Origin: a virus | Taxonomy: Duplodnaviria; Heunggongvirae; Uroviricota; Caudoviricetes | Length of the DNA: 6,093 nucleotides | Strand: one strand, 5' to 3' | Virus record (IMG/VR): IMGVR_UViG_2695420380_000008 | In this document: positions 4,997 to 6,093 of the stretch, in pieces | Numbering within the stretch: position 1 is the stretch's first letter | Layout: every line of letters begins with the position of its first letter | Made by a program: the position numbers and the translations under genes | The notes under the pieces: generated by a model | What the model was told of the DNA's origin: nothing | The model's input: only the letters and a program-made list of their open reading frames with translations | Databases searched by the model: none

Positions 4997-5683
4997 TCAC
5001 TCCTTCTCTTCTTTACCGTAGTGGAGTTGACCAATTTTGATAAGAGGGCGTCCCTGAGATTTGCGGTGTAGATTGGTATCGCGCAGAGAATACACACAGC
5101 CACAATATTCCTGCTGATAGAATTTTTCGCGCTTGCTGATTTCAATCATACGGGACGAGCCGCCCTGCTTGCGCCAGTTATAATCCCAGTACACCATGCC
5201 CGGATAATGCGCGACGGCTCGCCGCCCACAGTCGTTAACCTGCTGCATATTTTTCCAGCGTGAAATGCCCAGTGAACTGCTGATCACACTGAAACCATTT
5301 TCAGCGGCGTACAGCGCTGTCCGCTCAAAACGCATGTCAAAACACATGGTGCAACGGATCCCTCGTTCGGGCTCCCATTCCATTCCTTTGGCTCGTTCAA
5401 ACCAGTTGTCTGTGTCGTAATCAGCATCAATAAACGGCACGCCGTGTTGTTCAGCAAAGCGAATATTCTCATCCTTACGAATTAAATACTCTTTCTGAGG
5501 ATGAATGTTCGGGTTGTAGAAAAAGATGGTGTAGTCGATTCCCGAGGCCTGAAGCGCCTCCATCACCTCACCGGAACATGGAGCACAGCAAGAGTGCAGT
5601 AGTAGTTTGTTTGCCCCGTTTGGGAGCTCCAATTTGGGCCGTTTGAAATCAGCAACTGTCATAAATATGTTTATTGGGGTCAT
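4997..5683 (-). CDS. queH: QueH-like epoxyqueuosine reductase (DUF208 family), 228 aa; start uncertain (ATG 5683 or 5662)
   Basis: [72 protein letters not shown]...[36 protein letters not shown]...[29 protein letters not shown] and YCGCVYS are the hallmark motifs of DUF208/QueH as I recall them. Neither candidate start has a clear SD. Confidence 0.7.
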   Translation of the reverse strand: MTPINIFMTVADFKRPKLELPNGANKLLLHSCCAPCSGEVMEALQASGIDYTIFFYNPNIHPQKEYLIRKDENIRFAEQHGVPFIDADYDTDNWFERAKGMEWEPERGIRCTMCFDMRFERTALYAAENGFSVISSSLGISRWKNMQQVNDCGRRAVAHYPGMVYWDYNWRKQGGSSRMIEISKREKFYQQEYCGCVYSLRDTNLHRKSQGRPLIKIGQLHYGKEEKE

Positions 5684-5830
5684 AAAAATATCAAAGAGTG
5701 TAGCATTAGAACGGGGCTATCGGAAACAGATGTGTGACTGCTCCCCGCCCTTTCGGGTGGTCTCCTGATGATTTGAGGGTGCAGAAATCCCTCCGGTTAA
5801 GGATTAAATTTTTAACAGTGCTAAATTTAA

Positions 5831-6093
5831 TTATTCAGTTCTGGATTTTGTCGCCCTGCGTATCCGCGCTTTCGCGTTACGCTCAATCTGTATCAGCTTT
5901 TCTATATTTCTCCGCCTTTCCTGTTCCTCCTGGCGCAATAGCCTTACATCATCTGCCAGTCTGGTTTCTCTTTTTGCCACAGAGAGCATCCAGTCAAACG
6001 GCTCCACAACCGCACCGCAGATTTTACAGCGGACCTGACGCTCTTTTTCGTCAACCCGGACAGAGGCGTGATGGCAATATGGTCTTTCCGATG
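5831..6093 (-). CDS. 3' end of a gene of unknown function (C-terminal 86 codons plus TAA); N-terminus lies beyond the window end
   Basis: Minus-strand frame open from the window edge to TAA at 5833..5831: ...SERPYCHHASVRVDEKERQVRCKICGAVVEPFDWMLSVAKRETRLADDVRLLRQEEQERRRNIEKLIQIERNAKARIRRATKSRTE. Contains a CxxC and a basic, coiled-coil-like tail; no family recognised. Confidence 0.4.
   Translation of the reverse strand, partial: SERPYCHHASVRVDEKERQVRCKICGAVVEPFDWMLSVAKRETRLADDVRLLRQEEQERRRNIEKLIQIERNAKARIRRATKSRTE

Noticed and set aside
5284-5472. 62-aa minus-strand ORF nested out of frame in the QueH-like gene
   Set aside because: Internal alternative frame of a motif-supported CDS.
5744-5762. 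Hairpin ccgccc-tttc-gggtgg and palindromic AT-rich tract (5795-5830) upstream of the QueH-like gene as promoter or terminator
   Set aside because: No adjoining U-run and no acceptable -35/-10 pair at a workable distance from either candidate start; left unannotated.

Overview
This window reads as the late-control/lysis junction of a lambdoid (phage 21 / Qin / DLP12-like) prophage, with every supported gene on the minus strand. Order along the minus strand, from high to low coordinate: a 3' gene fragment, a QueH-like epoxyqueuosine reductase, a mok/hok type I toxin module with its own promoter, terminator and long-range 5'/3' complementarity, a small ORF, a DUF1367-like and a DUF1364 (YbcO-like) nin-region pair, a putative Q antiterminator, an intrinsic terminator, a tight four-tRNA cluster (CAU Ile2/Met-type, Arg-UCU, Thr-UGU, Gly-UCC), about 680 bp of ORF-poor spacer, a second intrinsic terminator, an S21-like pinholin, and the 5' part of a SAR endolysin. 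An 859-bp block carrying the tRNA cluster is present twice in apparently identical copies (691-1549 and 1649-2507), separated by two 31-N runs flanking a 37-bp unique island; this most likely reflects a scaffolding or repeat-resolution problem rather than biology. No CRISPR array, IS element or stx genes were seen. All protein family calls are from reading the translations and from memory of these families; no database search was run.
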